Source of the DNA: Thermoplasmata archaeon
Lineage (GTDB): Archaea; Thermoplasmatota; Thermoplasmata; UBA10834
DNA length: 64,000 bases
Reading direction: 5' to 3'
NCBI GenBank assembly: GCA_020696365.1
Contig: JAEHCM010000001.1
Span: forward strand, 166,987-230,986
Shown here piece after piece: positions 29,404-39,127 of this stretch. How positions within the stretch are numbered: the stretch's first letter is position 1; each line of letters starts with the position of its first letter. The position numbers and the translations under genes were made by a program. Below the pieces are notes generated by a model, which made no database searches, was not told the origin of the DNA, and worked only from the letters and a program-made list of their open reading frames with translations.

Positions 29404-30288
29404 ATGTACGAAGTTCGTTTTCATGGCCGCGGCGGACAGGGGGCGGTGATGGCCGCTCAGGCGCTCGCGAGTGCGGCGCATGCTGAGGGAGGTTACGCCA
29501 CTGCTTTCCCGTTCTTTGGGGCTGAGAGGAGAGGCGCTCCCGTGCTTGCGTTCACAAGGATCGATGACAAGAGGATATACAGGAAGACGCAGGTGTACGA
29601 GCCAGACTTCGTCGTGGTGCTGGACGAGGGTCTGCTTGAGACAATCAACGTCGTCGAAGGGTTGCGAGACGGCGGGATCGTCGTTATCAACTCTGCGAAG
29701 AAGCCTGAGGATATCGATGTGGGCATGGATGTGAAGATCGCCACCATCGATGCTACGAGCGTCGCGCTCGAGATACTGAAGCGACCGGCCACGAATTCTC
29801 CGATACTCGGCGCCTTCTCGAAGGCAACGGATCTTGTCAAGATTGAATCCATCGAAAAGGGCATTATGCAGGTGTTCGGAGATCGGTTGGGCCCGAAGAT
29901 CGGTGAGAAGAACGCGAAGGCAGCTCGTGCGGCGTACGAGAAGACCGTTGTCGGCATCTCCCACGGAAGGCGCCAGCTGAAAGCTACAGCGAAGTGGCTG
30001 CCGGATGTGAACGAGTTGCCCATGGGGGTCGCGTGTGAATCGATCAAGACGGCTGCTGGCCCCGTCGGCCCAGGATCCTTCGTAGAGAGCAAGACCGGCA
30101 GCTGGAAAGTGTTCAGACCTGAGTACGACAAGGAGAAGTGCACCATGTGCAACTTCTGCTGGTTCTATTGTCCTGAGGGATGCATATACAGAAAGGATGA
30201 TCACATGGACTTCGACATGGACTACTGCAAGGGCTGCGGAATATGTGCGAATGAGTGCCCGGTCGAGGCCATCAGGATGGTGAGGTGA
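29404..30288 (+). CDS. 2-oxoacid:ferredoxin oxidoreductase fused gamma-delta subunit
   Basis: HGRGGQG and [10 protein letters not shown] gamma domain; KTGSW plus two CxxCxxCxxxCP delta motifs. Confidence 0.93.
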   Translation: MYEVRFHGRGGQGAVMAAQALASAAHAEGGYATAFPFFGAERRGAPVLAFTRIDDKRIYRKTQVYEPDFVVVLDEGLLETINVVEGLRDGGIVVINSAKKPEDIDVGMDVKIATIDATSVALEILKRPATNSPILGAFSKATDLVKIESIEKGIMQVFGDRLGPKIGEKNAKAARAAYEKTVVGISHGRRQLKATAKWLPDVNELPMGVACESIKTAAGPVGPGSFVESKTGSWKVFRPEYDKEKCTMCNFCWFYCPEGCIYRKDDHMDFDMDYCKGCGICANECPVEAIRMVR

Positions 30289-30293
30289 TTCCT

Positions 30294-31475
30294 ATGGTGT
30301 CGAAGATATGCACTGGTAACTACGCTGCGGCTTACGGTTCGATGCGGTCGAGGGCAAGGGTGGTGGCAGCCTATCCGATCACGCCTCAGACGTTCATCGT
30401 GGAGCACATATCGGAGTTCGTCAACAATGGGGAGATGGACTGCGAATACATCGAGGTGGAGAGCGAACATTCCGCGATGAGCGCCTGCGTGTCCGCAAGC
30501 GCCTCCGGCGTACGCACGTTCACCGCGACATCCTCCCAGGGGTTGGCGTTGATGCACGAGCTTCTGCCGATTGCCAGCGGTATGAGGTTGCCCGTCGTTA
30601 TGGCTGTCGTGAACAGGGCGATAGCTGCCCCGATAAACATCTGGGTGGAGCACAACGACATAATGCCAGAGCGTGACTCCGGATGGCTGCAGGTGTTCTG
30701 CGATAACAATCAGGAGGTTCAGGACATGATCCTCCAGGCATACCGCATCGCCGAGGACAAGCGCGTGGCACTTCCGATGGCGGTCTGCCTCGACGCGTTC
30801 ATACTCTCGCACACCGTTGAACCGGTGGATCTTATCGAACAGGAGGATGCAGACCGATACGTCCCCGATTACAGCCCTCCGAGCCCGATCCTCGACCCAG
30901 ACGATGTCAGGGCGGTCGGCGTGTTCACACCGCCGGACTACATGATGGAATGCAGGTGGCAGACCGACGACGCCATGAGGCGGTCTGCTGAGGTGATTCG
31001 CGAAACGAACGCAGCATTCGTCAAGCGGTTTGGAAGGGACCATGGCGGACTCATAGACCCGTATATGGTCGACGACGCAGACGTCGTGCTCGTGACCATG
31101 GGGACGGCAAGCTCTACCGCGCACGAGGTCGTGGACGACATGAGGGGCGAGGGCAAGAAGGTAGGTCTCGTCAAGCTGAGATTCTGGCGCCCGTACCCCG
31201 GGCGCGAGCTCCGGGCGATAGCTGAGAAGGTCAAAGCCGTCGGTGTGTTCGACAGGGCGGTTTCGTACGGGGTCGGAGGCCCGTCGTTCATCGAGCTAAG
31301 GAACGCCGCATACGGCCTTGACGTGCCGATAATGAACTTCATAGGGGGATTGGGTGGCCGGGACGTCTCCCTTGCCGACGTCCGCTTCATGTACGAGCGT
31401 CTGCTCGAGACCGCCAAGACGGGCAAGGTCAGGCGTGATGTGACATGGATGGGCACCCGGGGGGTGGAGCAGTGA
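30294..31475 (+). CDS. porA: pyruvate/ketoisovalerate:ferredoxin oxidoreductase alpha subunit
   Basis: AAYPITPQT, VESEHSA, TATSSQGL and GGLGGRD motifs. Confidence 0.93.
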   Translation: MVSKICTGNYAAAYGSMRSRARVVAAYPITPQTFIVEHISEFVNNGEMDCEYIEVESEHSAMSACVSASASGVRTFTATSSQGLALMHELLPIASGMRLPVVMAVVNRAIAAPINIWVEHNDIMPERDSGWLQVFCDNNQEVQDMILQAYRIAEDKRVALPMAVCLDAFILSHTVEPVDLIEQEDADRYVPDYSPPSPILDPDDVRAVGVFTPPDYMMECRWQTDDAMRRSAEVIRETNAAFVKRFGRDHGGLIDPYMVDDADVVLVTMGTASSTAHEVVDDMRGEGKKVGLVKLRFWRPYPGRELRAIAEKVKAVGVFDRAVSYGVGGPSFIELRNAAYGLDVPIMNFIGGLGGRDVSLADVRFMYERLLETAKTGKVRRDVTWMGTRGVEQ

Positions 31476-32362
31476 AGCTGAAGGAACTACCTGATGAGGA
31501 GTTGTTCACCCGTGGACACACCGCCTGTGCGGGATGCGGTGCAGCTATCGCTGTGAGGAACCTGATCAAGATCATAGGAAGAAACACGATGGTCGTCAAC
31601 CCTGCATGTTGTCTCCTGATTTTCGGCGCGACGTATCCGTACCTCGCATGGAAGGTGCCGTTCCATCACGTGGCGTTCGAGAACACCGCTGCCTGTGCGA
31701 CTGGGATGTCAAGGGCGATGAAGGTCCGCGGCAAGGAGGACACGGTCATCATGGGCATCGCAGGCGACGGTGGCACCGCTGACATCGGTATCCAGGCCCT
31801 CTCAGGCGCCGCCGAGAGGAACGAGGACATACTCTACGTCATGTATGACAACGAAGCCTACATGAACACCGGTATCCAGCGCTCGGGATCGACCCCCTTC
31901 GGCGCGTGGACGACGACCACTCCAGTGGGCAAGGTGAAGGCGGGAAAGACCGATTTCAAGAAGGACATGCCTCTCATAATGATGGCCCACAACGTGCCCT
32001 ATGTCGCGACCGCCTCGATAGGCAACATACAGGATTTCATAAACAAGTTCGAGAAGGCCAAGCGGATCAAGGGGTTCAGGTACATCCAGGTGTTCACGCC
32101 ATGTCCAACAGGCTGGAGGCACGACACCGCGAAGACGATCGAGATCGCTAAGCTGGCCGTCGAAACCGGTATGTGGACGCTGTACGAGTGCGAGAACGGC
32201 AAGGTCACCGTGAACCGGAAGCCCAAGATGACGCCGATCTCGGAATACCTGAAGCTCCAGGGGCGGTTCAGACACATGACCGAGGCCGACGTCGAGAAGC
32301 TCCAGAATTGGGTCGTCAATAAGTGGGAAACCGACGAGAAGTACGCTCAGTGCAGGCAATGA
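31472..32362 (+). CDS. porB: pyruvate/ketoisovalerate:ferredoxin oxidoreductase beta subunit
   Basis: GHTACAGCG, GDGGTADIG, DNEAYMNTGIQRS and PCPTGW motifs. Confidence 0.93.
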   Translation: MKLKELPDEELFTRGHTACAGCGAAIAVRNLIKIIGRNTMVVNPACCLLIFGATYPYLAWKVPFHHVAFENTAACATGMSRAMKVRGKEDTVIMGIAGDGGTADIGIQALSGAAERNEDILYVMYDNEAYMNTGIQRSGSTPFGAWTTTTPVGKVKAGKTDFKKDMPLIMMAHNVPYVATASIGNIQDFINKFEKAKRIKGFRYIQVFTPCPTGWRHDTAKTIEIAKLAVETGMWTLYECENGKVTVNRKPKMTPISEYLKLQGRFRHMTEADVEKLQNWVVNKWETDEKYAQCRQ

Positions 32363-32388
32363 GTCGCGGTTCCAGAGAAATCCTCTCT

Positions 32389-33231
32389 CTACAGCCTCTT
32401 TCTCATCTCTGTCTGTTTGAGCGTCACCGCGAAATCGAACAGGTCGAGCATCCTACGGTTGGCGTCGTTGTCATCGATGTTGTAGACCGCTATCTTGAAT
32501 GTGCCTAGCTCCCATAGTCGGTTCACGGCGAACTTCGCCAGGCAAGTGCCGACGCCTTTCCTTCCATGCTCTGGGTCCACGCCGAGGAACGGTATGAATC
32601 CAGTGCCTGCGACCCGCCTGAGCAGTACGAACCCCTCGTCGTTCCTGTATATCTCGCAGGTTCTGGCTGACTCCTCGAGCGCGCACCGCTTCCGACGCTG
32701 CCAACAGGTTCCGGCGTACGACCGCTCGTGTAGGGCCAAGATGTTCTCCAGGTGAGATCTTCTTGGTGGCTGTCCGAATCCCGCGAACTGCGTTGCGTTG
32801 CCCTCTGCCGAGAGGTAAGCCACTCTTGGGATGTAACCCAGCCGTTCATAGAGTTTCTCCGCGGCCAGGTTTCCCTCGATCACCTCTAGGAGTACCTCTT
32901 CTGCCCCTTCTTCCTCGGCATATCTCTCCGCAGCCTCCATCAGCCTCGCACCGACGCCTTGGTTCCTCATCCGAGGAACGACCCCCAGACCGCCGATCCA
33001 TGCTTCCGTTCCATCCACGACTGGGTTGACGTATCCGACGATTTCGTCGCCTGAGAGCGCCACGATGATGTCTTCCAGTTTGCCCCCAACCGATCTCATG
33101 AACTCCGCGAAGAACTCCCGAGACGACCGAATCGGGATGATGTAATCGGCGAATATCTCGTTCTGGGCATCGATCAGTGCGTCGAGCTGCTGCGTGGAAA
33201 GACGTTTCAGCACCAACTCGTCAGCGCTCAT
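32389..33231 (-). CDS. tandem GNAT acetyltransferase
   Basis: Two acetyl-CoA motifs (V.P..RNQGVG; V.PEHGRKGVG). Confidence 0.88.
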   Translation of the reverse strand: MSADELVLKRLSTQQLDALIDAQNEIFADYIIPIRSSREFFAEFMRSVGGKLEDIIVALSGDEIVGYVNPVVDGTEAWIGGLGVVPRMRNQGVGARLMEAAERYAEEEGAEEVLLEVIEGNLAAEKLYERLGYIPRVAYLSAEGNATQFAGFGQPPRRSHLENILALHERSYAGTCWQRRKRCALEESARTCEIYRNDEGFVLLRRVAGTGFIPFLGVDPEHGRKGVGTCLAKFAVNRLWELGTFKIAVYNIDDNDANRRMLDLFDFAVTLKQTEMRKRL

Positions 33232-33244
33232 CTCCCGCCGCCCT

Positions 33245-34729
33245 TTACGCCGACTCCGGCTTCATATGAGGGAAGAGGATGACCTCTTTGATCGAAGGTG
33301 CGTTCGTCACGAGCATGGCGAACCGGTCTATCCCTATGCCCAGTCCTCCTGTGGGGGGCAGGCCGTACTCTAGCGCACGCACATAGTCGCTGTCAATCGG
33401 GTGAGTTTCCTCGTCCCCTTCCTGCTTGAGCCTGTCCTGCTCCCTGAACCTTTGCTCCTGCTCCACGGGGTCGTTCAGCTCGGAGAAGGCATTCGCGAGC
33501 TCCCACCCGTTTATGAACAGTTCAAACCTCTCCACGAGGTCTGGCGCGCCTCTCTTCCTCTTCGCGAGCGGTGAGACACCCACGGGATGATCTACGATGA
33601 ACACCGGGTCGATGAGGCTCGGTTGGACCTTCTGGTCGAACATCAATGCGATTATCTTGCCCATGTCCTGGCAGTCCTCTACGTCCCGGACTCCTAGCTG
33701 GACCGCTGCGTCCCTCGCGTCATCGACGGTCCTGAGAGTCGAAACATCGAAACCCGTGTGCTTTCGGATCGCCTCAGTCATGGTGATCCGTGGCCATGGC
33801 TTTGCGAAGTTCAGGACCTTGTCACCATACTGGATCTTCTCGGTCCCCGTGATGTGCATCGCCGTGTCGTACATGATCGATTCGGTCAGATCCATTATCG
33901 CGTTGTAATCGACGTACGCCTGGTAGAGCTCCAACGAGGTGTACTCCGGATAGTGCTGGGCGTCTATGTCTTCGTTCCTGAAGTTCTTGCCGAACTCGTA
34001 CACGCTTTCTAGGTTGCCAACGATGCATCTCTTGTGGTACAGCTCAGGTGCAATCCTAAGGTAGAGATCGATGTCTAGGTAGTTGTGGTGGGTGACGAAC
34101 GGCCGCGCCAGCGCACCGCCGTACAACGGCTGGAGTATCGGAGTCTCGACTTCGATGAACTCCTTCTCGTTGAGCCAGTTTCGCATGAAAGCCACCAACC
34201 TGCTCCTCTTGATGAACCGGTCACGGACCTCCTCGTTCATCATCAGATCGAGATACCTCTGCCTGTACCTCATCTGGACGTCCTGGAGTCCATGGAACTT
34301 CTCTGGTAGGGGCGTGAGCGCCTTGCTAAGCACCTGGAATTCACTAACTGCGACGGTTATCTCTCCCATCTTGGTCCTGAACACGTTGCCCTTCACCCCG
34401 ACCACGTCCCCACGGTCCATCACGAGGAAGAGTTCCCAAGCATCCTTGCCGATATCGTTCAATTTGAAGTAGAGCTGGACCTTTCCATCTCGGTCCACCA
34501 AGTCTGCGAAGCCCGCTTTGCCATGGATCCGCTTGGCCATCACACGACCCGCCGCGGAGACGACCTTGCCGCTCTTGTCCTGGCCAACGTCCGCGAACTC
34601 CTTCCTCAAACCTGCTGAAGTGTGCGTTCGCTCGAAGCTGTAGGTCTGGTACGGATCGAATCCCATCGACTTCATTGTCTCGAGATTCTTCCTCATCTGG
34701 GCCTTAAGGTCGCTCTCCGGTTCTGGCAT
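33245..34729 (-). CDS. lysS: class II lysyl-tRNA synthetase
   Basis: OB domain, RYRQRYLDL, LRIAPEL, FRNE, HYPEYT and YGLPPTGGLGIGIDR motifs. Confidence 0.97.
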   Translation of the reverse strand: MPEPESDLKAQMRKNLETMKSMGFDPYQTYSFERTHTSAGLRKEFADVGQDKSGKVVSAAGRVMAKRIHGKAGFADLVDRDGKVQLYFKLNDIGKDAWELFLVMDRGDVVGVKGNVFRTKMGEITVAVSEFQVLSKALTPLPEKFHGLQDVQMRYRQRYLDLMMNEEVRDRFIKRSRLVAFMRNWLNEKEFIEVETPILQPLYGGALARPFVTHHNYLDIDLYLRIAPELYHKRCIVGNLESVYEFGKNFRNEDIDAQHYPEYTSLELYQAYVDYNAIMDLTESIMYDTAMHITGTEKIQYGDKVLNFAKPWPRITMTEAIRKHTGFDVSTLRTVDDARDAAVQLGVRDVEDCQDMGKIIALMFDQKVQPSLIDPVFIVDHPVGVSPLAKRKRGAPDLVERFELFINGWELANAFSELNDPVEQEQRFREQDRLKQEGDEETHPIDSDYVRALEYGLPPTGGLGIGIDRFAMLVTNAPSIKEVILFPHMKPESA

Positions 34730-34881
34730 CAGGCATCTCCCCTGCTGGGTGTGCTCTCATATCCAAAGGGCGTACTTAAACGTAATCCGCCCATCCTCAG
34801 CTCCATCATCCACTCACTACCGCTCGCTCTCATGTTACTCACCAGAATTCGGTCGAAACCCGCCTGTCTCGGCAGTTTTCG

Positions 34882-35247
34882 CTAGCTCTTCTTCTCGGCC
34901 TCTTCAATCGCCGCTAGAAGTTCTTCGATCCTAAACGGTTTGAGGAGAAATCCCTTGGCTCCAGCTGCCATGGCCTCCTTCTCGATGTGCAGGTCGGCAC
35001 TGCCGAAGAAAACCGTGGCCGTAGGGTCAATGCGAAGAATCTCCTGCGTGGCGCTCACGCCGTCCCTGACGGGCATCCTCTGGTCCATGATGATCACCAC
35101 GGGCTTCTCCTTCATGTCCCTGTATTTGCGAACTGCCTCTTCGCCGTCGGATGCAACTCCGATGACCTCGTGACCGTTTGCCTCGAGTATATCCCGATAC
35201 AGTTCGACGATGAACTTCTCATCGTCAACAAGGAAGACCGTGACGAT
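34882..35247 (-). CDS. single-domain response regulator, apparent ATC start
   Basis: VTVFLVDDE...MDQRMP..DG...SA...KPF. There is no in-frame ATG/GTG/TTG between the upstream TGA (35275-35277) and the VDDE motif. GGAGGT lies 6 nt before ATC. Confidence 0.8.
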   Translation of the reverse strand: MVTVFLVDDEKFIVELYRDILEANGHEVIGVASDGEEAVRKYRDMKEKPVVIIMDQRMPVRDGVSATQEILRIDPTATVFFGSADLHIEKEAMAAGAKGFLLKPFRIEELLAAIEEAEKKS

Positions 35248-35469
35248 TCTACAACCTCCGAATGAGCCCCTTGATCAGCCCGTCCTCGACGCCAGAACTC
35301 AGTCCGGCTTCCTGTGTGACTTGCGTGTCCAGGTGGGATTGTACTAATTATCCTGTAGCTTATATAATGATTTTCCTAATGTCGCATCCTCTTTTCCCGT
35401 CGTCGGTCCGTGCTCGCTGGAACCACAAACTCTTATATAGTAAGACCTGCAATTGAGCACCTGAGATTC

Positions 35470-35637
35470 ATGGCGAAGAACAAGAAGAACGAGGGGTTTC
35501 ACTCTGCCGCCGGGTTGATACGGTACTTCGACGCCGAGGACGACAAGGCGCTTAAGGTCAGCCCCTGGGTCGTCGTGGGTTTCTGCATTGGCGTTTCTGC
35601 CCTAGTGCTTATTCTCGGTACACTGTACCCGACATGA
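35470..35637 (+). CDS. secG: preprotein translocase Sec61beta/SecG
   Basis: SAAGLIRYFD..., SPW followed by one TM helix. Confidence 0.9.
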   Translation: MAKNKKNEGFHSAAGLIRYFDAEDDKALKVSPWVVVGFCIGVSALVLILGTLYPT

Positions 35638-35755
35638 TCGGACACGCGACTCTGTTGGGAAGCGCATAGCACAGGACTGTACATCGTCAGTCTGAAATCT
35701 GACGAAATCAATAAATATCATTCCCGCTCTCGCTCGTCCACTTGAGGGATTGAAC

Positions 35756-35797
35756 ATGGCTAGATCGTTGACCGTGTTTGGTAGTCTTCATGCGTGA
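35756..35797 (+). promoter_or_regulatory. candidate his leader uORF (MARSLTVFGSLHA) overlapping an 18-bp palindrome
   Basis: GAGGGA then ATG; CAT-GCG-TGA forms the 5' arm of CATGCGTGATCACGCATG. Confidence 0.35.
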
Positions 35798-35911
35798 TCA
35801 CGCATGGCCCAAACCGATTCCTCGAGATATTGTTGATTCGTTGCAACTTCCCAGCGGAGGCTGTGCCGAGGTATGCGGCGGTTTCGACATGGGACGATTG
35901 GAGGAGTTGTC

Positions 35912-36778
35912 TTGACAGTGCTCAGAATAGCGGTTCCGAACAAGGGGAGACTGAATCAGAGCTCGGTCCGGCTCATGAATCGGATAGGGTTCCCTATCTC
36001 GGACTCCAACAGCAGAACGCTGATAGCCGAGTTCGGGAAGGGGAGATACCAGATCCTGCTGGCCAGGGCTCAGGATATACCCGAATTCGTCGAGATGGGC
36101 GTTGCGGACCTCGGTATAACCGGCCTCGACCTCGTGCTCGAAACGAACAGGAGCGTCGAAAGAATCAGAACACTCGATTATGGGAAGTGCCGGCTAGTCG
36201 TCGCCGTCCCCGACGAATCGGTTGTGACCGGCGTCACTCAGATCGAAGACGGGTGCACCGTCGCAACATCCTTCCCGAACTTGACCCGGGAGTATTTCTC
36301 GAACATCGGGAAGAACGTTAAGATCGCCACCGTGACCGGAGCGACCGAGGTGACCCCTCAGATAGGTCTCGCGGACGTGATCACAGACCTGACAGAGACA
36401 GGTTCGACCTTGAAGCTCAACCACCTCAAGGAGGTGGGTGTGGTCATGGAGTCCGTCGCCGTGCTGATTGGGAACAAGGCGGCGCTCGAGGCGAAGGCTG
36501 GGCGCGTCGAGGAGGTGACCAGTGCCATAGATAGCGTGATCGCCGCCTCTAGGAAGAGATATCTGATGGCGAACGTCCCCAAAGACACCCTTTCCAATCT
36601 GGAGAATCTGATTCCAGGAGTCTCCGGACCTACCATAATGAACATCATCGGACGAGAGGACATGGTCGCAATTCATGCTGTCGTCAGCGAGGACGCGGTG
36701 AACGGAATAATCGCGGTTCTCAAGGAGATAGGCGGAACGGGAATCCTAATAGTCCCGATTGAAAGGATGGTTCTCTGA
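35912..36778 (+). CDS. hisG: ATP phosphoribosyltransferase, long form
   Basis: IAVPNKGRL, DIP, ADLGITG, ETGSTL and a C-terminal PG.SGPT domain; SD GGAGG. Confidence 0.96.
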   Translation: MTVLRIAVPNKGRLNQSSVRLMNRIGFPISDSNSRTLIAEFGKGRYQILLARAQDIPEFVEMGVADLGITGLDLVLETNRSVERIRTLDYGKCRLVVAVPDESVVTGVTQIEDGCTVATSFPNLTREYFSNIGKNVKIATVTGATEVTPQIGLADVITDLTETGSTLKLNHLKEVGVVMESVAVLIGNKAALEAKAGRVEEVTSAIDSVIAASRKRYLMANVPKDTLSNLENLIPGVSGPTIMNIIGREDMVAIHAVVSEDAVNGIIAVLKEIGGTGILIVPIERMVL

Positions 36779-36779
36779 C

Positions 36780-38063
36780 ATGTTGAGATACGATTACAGC
36801 TCGATGTCTGCCGACGACATGAGAGAGGTGCTTCGGAGAGGTGGCACCTCGATGGACAATGCGGTCACGGTCGCTCGCCCCATCGTCGAGGCTGTGCGGC
36901 GCGGAGGAGACCGTGCCCTGATGAGATATGCGCGGAAGTTCGATGGATTCAAGGGCGGGTCGTTTCTCGTTACCAGAGATGCCATGGACGCTGCGATATC
37001 GCGCGTATCCTCGCCGATTCTCGCGTCGCTGAAACTCAGCAAGAAGAGGATACAGGTATATCACAAGAAGCAGCGTCTGAACGCCTTCGAATTCGAGGAT
37101 TCGTGCGGGGTGTTCGGTCAGAAAGTCGTACCTCTTGAACGGGTCGGCATATACATACCCGGCGGAACCGCAACCTACGCAACCTCCGTCCTTATGACCG
37201 CGGTGCCGGCCAAGGTCGCTGGCGTTGAGGAGATAGTGATGTGCACGCCGGCAAGAAACGGCAGGGTCGAAGATGTTGTTCTCGCAGCTGCTTTCATCGC
37301 CGGCGTGGACGAGATATACTCCGTTGGCGGAGCCCAAGGGATCGCCGCGATGGCCTATGGGACGGAGAGCATCCCAGTGGTGTCAAAGATCGTCGGGCCT
37401 GGCGGGTCAATCGTCAGCGCCGCCAAGATGGTGGTCCGCTCGGACTGCGAGATTGATTCCATTGCTGGTCCGTCGGAAGTGCTCATAATCGCCGACAGCA
37501 CCGCGGAAGCAACGCTCGTTGCCAGTGAGATGGTCGCGCAGCTTGAACACGACCCGGCGGCGGTCGCGGTCTTGGTCTCACCCTCTTCTCGCCTGCTCGA
37601 CCAGACTTTCCTGGCGCTGAAGCAGATGATTGGACGGGCAGATCGCAAGGACATCTTGGAGAGGTCATTCGATGAAGGAGCCGTCTTCCTCAAGGTGAGA
37701 AACATGTCTCAGGCGGTGGAGTTCTCGAACGCGTACGCCCCAGAGCACCTCCTCGTGGACACCAGGAACCCGCGTGAGCTTCTCAAATCTATTCGAAACG
37801 CCGGCTCGGTATTCCTTGGTCAGATATCGTCGGTCGCCTTTGGCGACTACTGCTCTGGCCCCAATCACGTTCTACCGACGATGGGGACCGCCCGGTCAAG
37901 ATCCGCCCTGTCTGTGTACGATTTCCTGAAGATAGTGCCTTATCAGCAGTTGAGCGTGCAAGGTGCGGCCAAGCTCGCCCCTGTGGTGGCGGTGCTGGCA
38001 GAGGCCGAGGGGCTGCCAAACCACGCCATAGCTGCGCGCTTGAGAGCCAGGGGTGTTCGCTGA
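36780..38063 (+). CDS. hisD: histidinol dehydrogenase
   Basis: YIPGG, GGAQGIAA, AGPSE, QLEHD, APEHL and GPNHVLPT motifs. Confidence 0.96.
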   Translation: MLRYDYSSMSADDMREVLRRGGTSMDNAVTVARPIVEAVRRGGDRALMRYARKFDGFKGGSFLVTRDAMDAAISRVSSPILASLKLSKKRIQVYHKKQRLNAFEFEDSCGVFGQKVVPLERVGIYIPGGTATYATSVLMTAVPAKVAGVEEIVMCTPARNGRVEDVVLAAAFIAGVDEIYSVGGAQGIAAMAYGTESIPVVSKIVGPGGSIVSAAKMVVRSDCEIDSIAGPSEVLIIADSTAEATLVASEMVAQLEHDPAAVAVLVSPSSRLLDQTFLALKQMIGRADRKDILERSFDEGAVFLKVRNMSQAVEFSNAYAPEHLLVDTRNPRELLKSIRNAGSVFLGQISSVAFGDYCSGPNHVLPTMGTARSRSALSVYDFLKIVPYQQLSVQGAAKLAPVVAVLAEAEGLPNHAIAARLRARGVR

Positions 38064-39127
38064 TGCCATCAATCGGAGAATTGAGGAGAAGAGCGCTGGA
38101 ATCACTGAGCCGTCCATCATATACCCTTGCCAACACGAACATATTGTCGTTGAACAACAACGCAAATCTGTTCGGCGTTAATCCAGCTGTGAAAGAGGTT
38201 GCAGAGTCGTTCGACTTCTCGAGACTCTGGGCATATCCAAGCGAGGACTCGGACGCCCTGAGACTGCGCCTTGCGTCGGAGTTCGACGCATCCCCGACCG
38301 AGATAATCGTCGGAAACGGCTCTGACGATCTGCTGGACATCGTCTGCAAGAGTTTCATCAATCCTGGCGATGTCTTCTGCCAACCCACACCCACGTTCAG
38401 GATGTACAAGTTCTACGCTCAGGCAAACTTCGCATCGATTGACGAGAAGGTATTGAACGACGATTTCTCCCTTCGAACCGATGATATAATCCTGGCGCGG
38501 GCGAAACTCGTCGCACTCTGCCAGCCCAATAATCCAACCGCAAACCTCATGGATCCGAGAGATGTGAGGAGGATCCTTTCCGAGTCGGAAGGAATAACAA
38601 TCCTGGACGAGGCCTACTCGGATTTCTGCGATTCCGACATGCTCGCAGATGTGATGGAAAGCGAGAGGGGAATCGACATAAGGACATTCTCCAAGGCATA
38701 CGGACTCGCAGGTCTTCGCGTTGGCTTTGCCATATCCCGTAAGGAGATCGTAGACGAGCTGAGACGGGTCAGGACGCCGTTCGGTCTCAATTCGTTCACC
38801 GAGGCGGTAGCTATCGCTGCGCTCGACAACAAGGGCTGGGTTACGGAGAAGATTCAGGAGATGAAGGTAGAGCGGGAGCGCCTGTCAAGGCAGATGCAGT
38901 CGCTAGGCTTCCAGGTCTATCCTTCGGACTGCAACTTCCTGCTCTGTGGCTCACCCGTGAGCACCGACAAACTCGTTGGAGCCCTTGAGGCGCGAGGAGT
39001 GGCAATCAGGGACTTCGGATCGTATCCCCTTCTTGAGAACCACGTCCGCGTGACGGTTGGCCCAAGAGCGCTCATGGATCGTTATCTTGAGATTCTGCGT
39101 CCGCTTATGGCTGAGGTATTGACATGA
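38063..39127 (+). CDS. hisC: histidinol-phosphate aminotransferase
   Basis: GNGSDD, PNNPT, DEAY and RTFSKAYGLAGLRVG motifs. Confidence 0.95.
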   Translation: MPSIGELRRRALESLSRPSYTLANTNILSLNNNANLFGVNPAVKEVAESFDFSRLWAYPSEDSDALRLRLASEFDASPTEIIVGNGSDDLLDIVCKSFINPGDVFCQPTPTFRMYKFYAQANFASIDEKVLNDDFSLRTDDIILARAKLVALCQPNNPTANLMDPRDVRRILSESEGITILDEAYSDFCDSDMLADVMESERGIDIRTFSKAYGLAGLRVGFAISRKEIVDELRRVRTPFGLNSFTEAVAIAALDNKGWVTEKIQEMKVERERLSRQMQSLGFQVYPSDCNFLLCGSPVSTDKLVGALEARGVAIRDFGSYPLLENHVRVTVGPRALMDRYLEILRPLMAEVLT

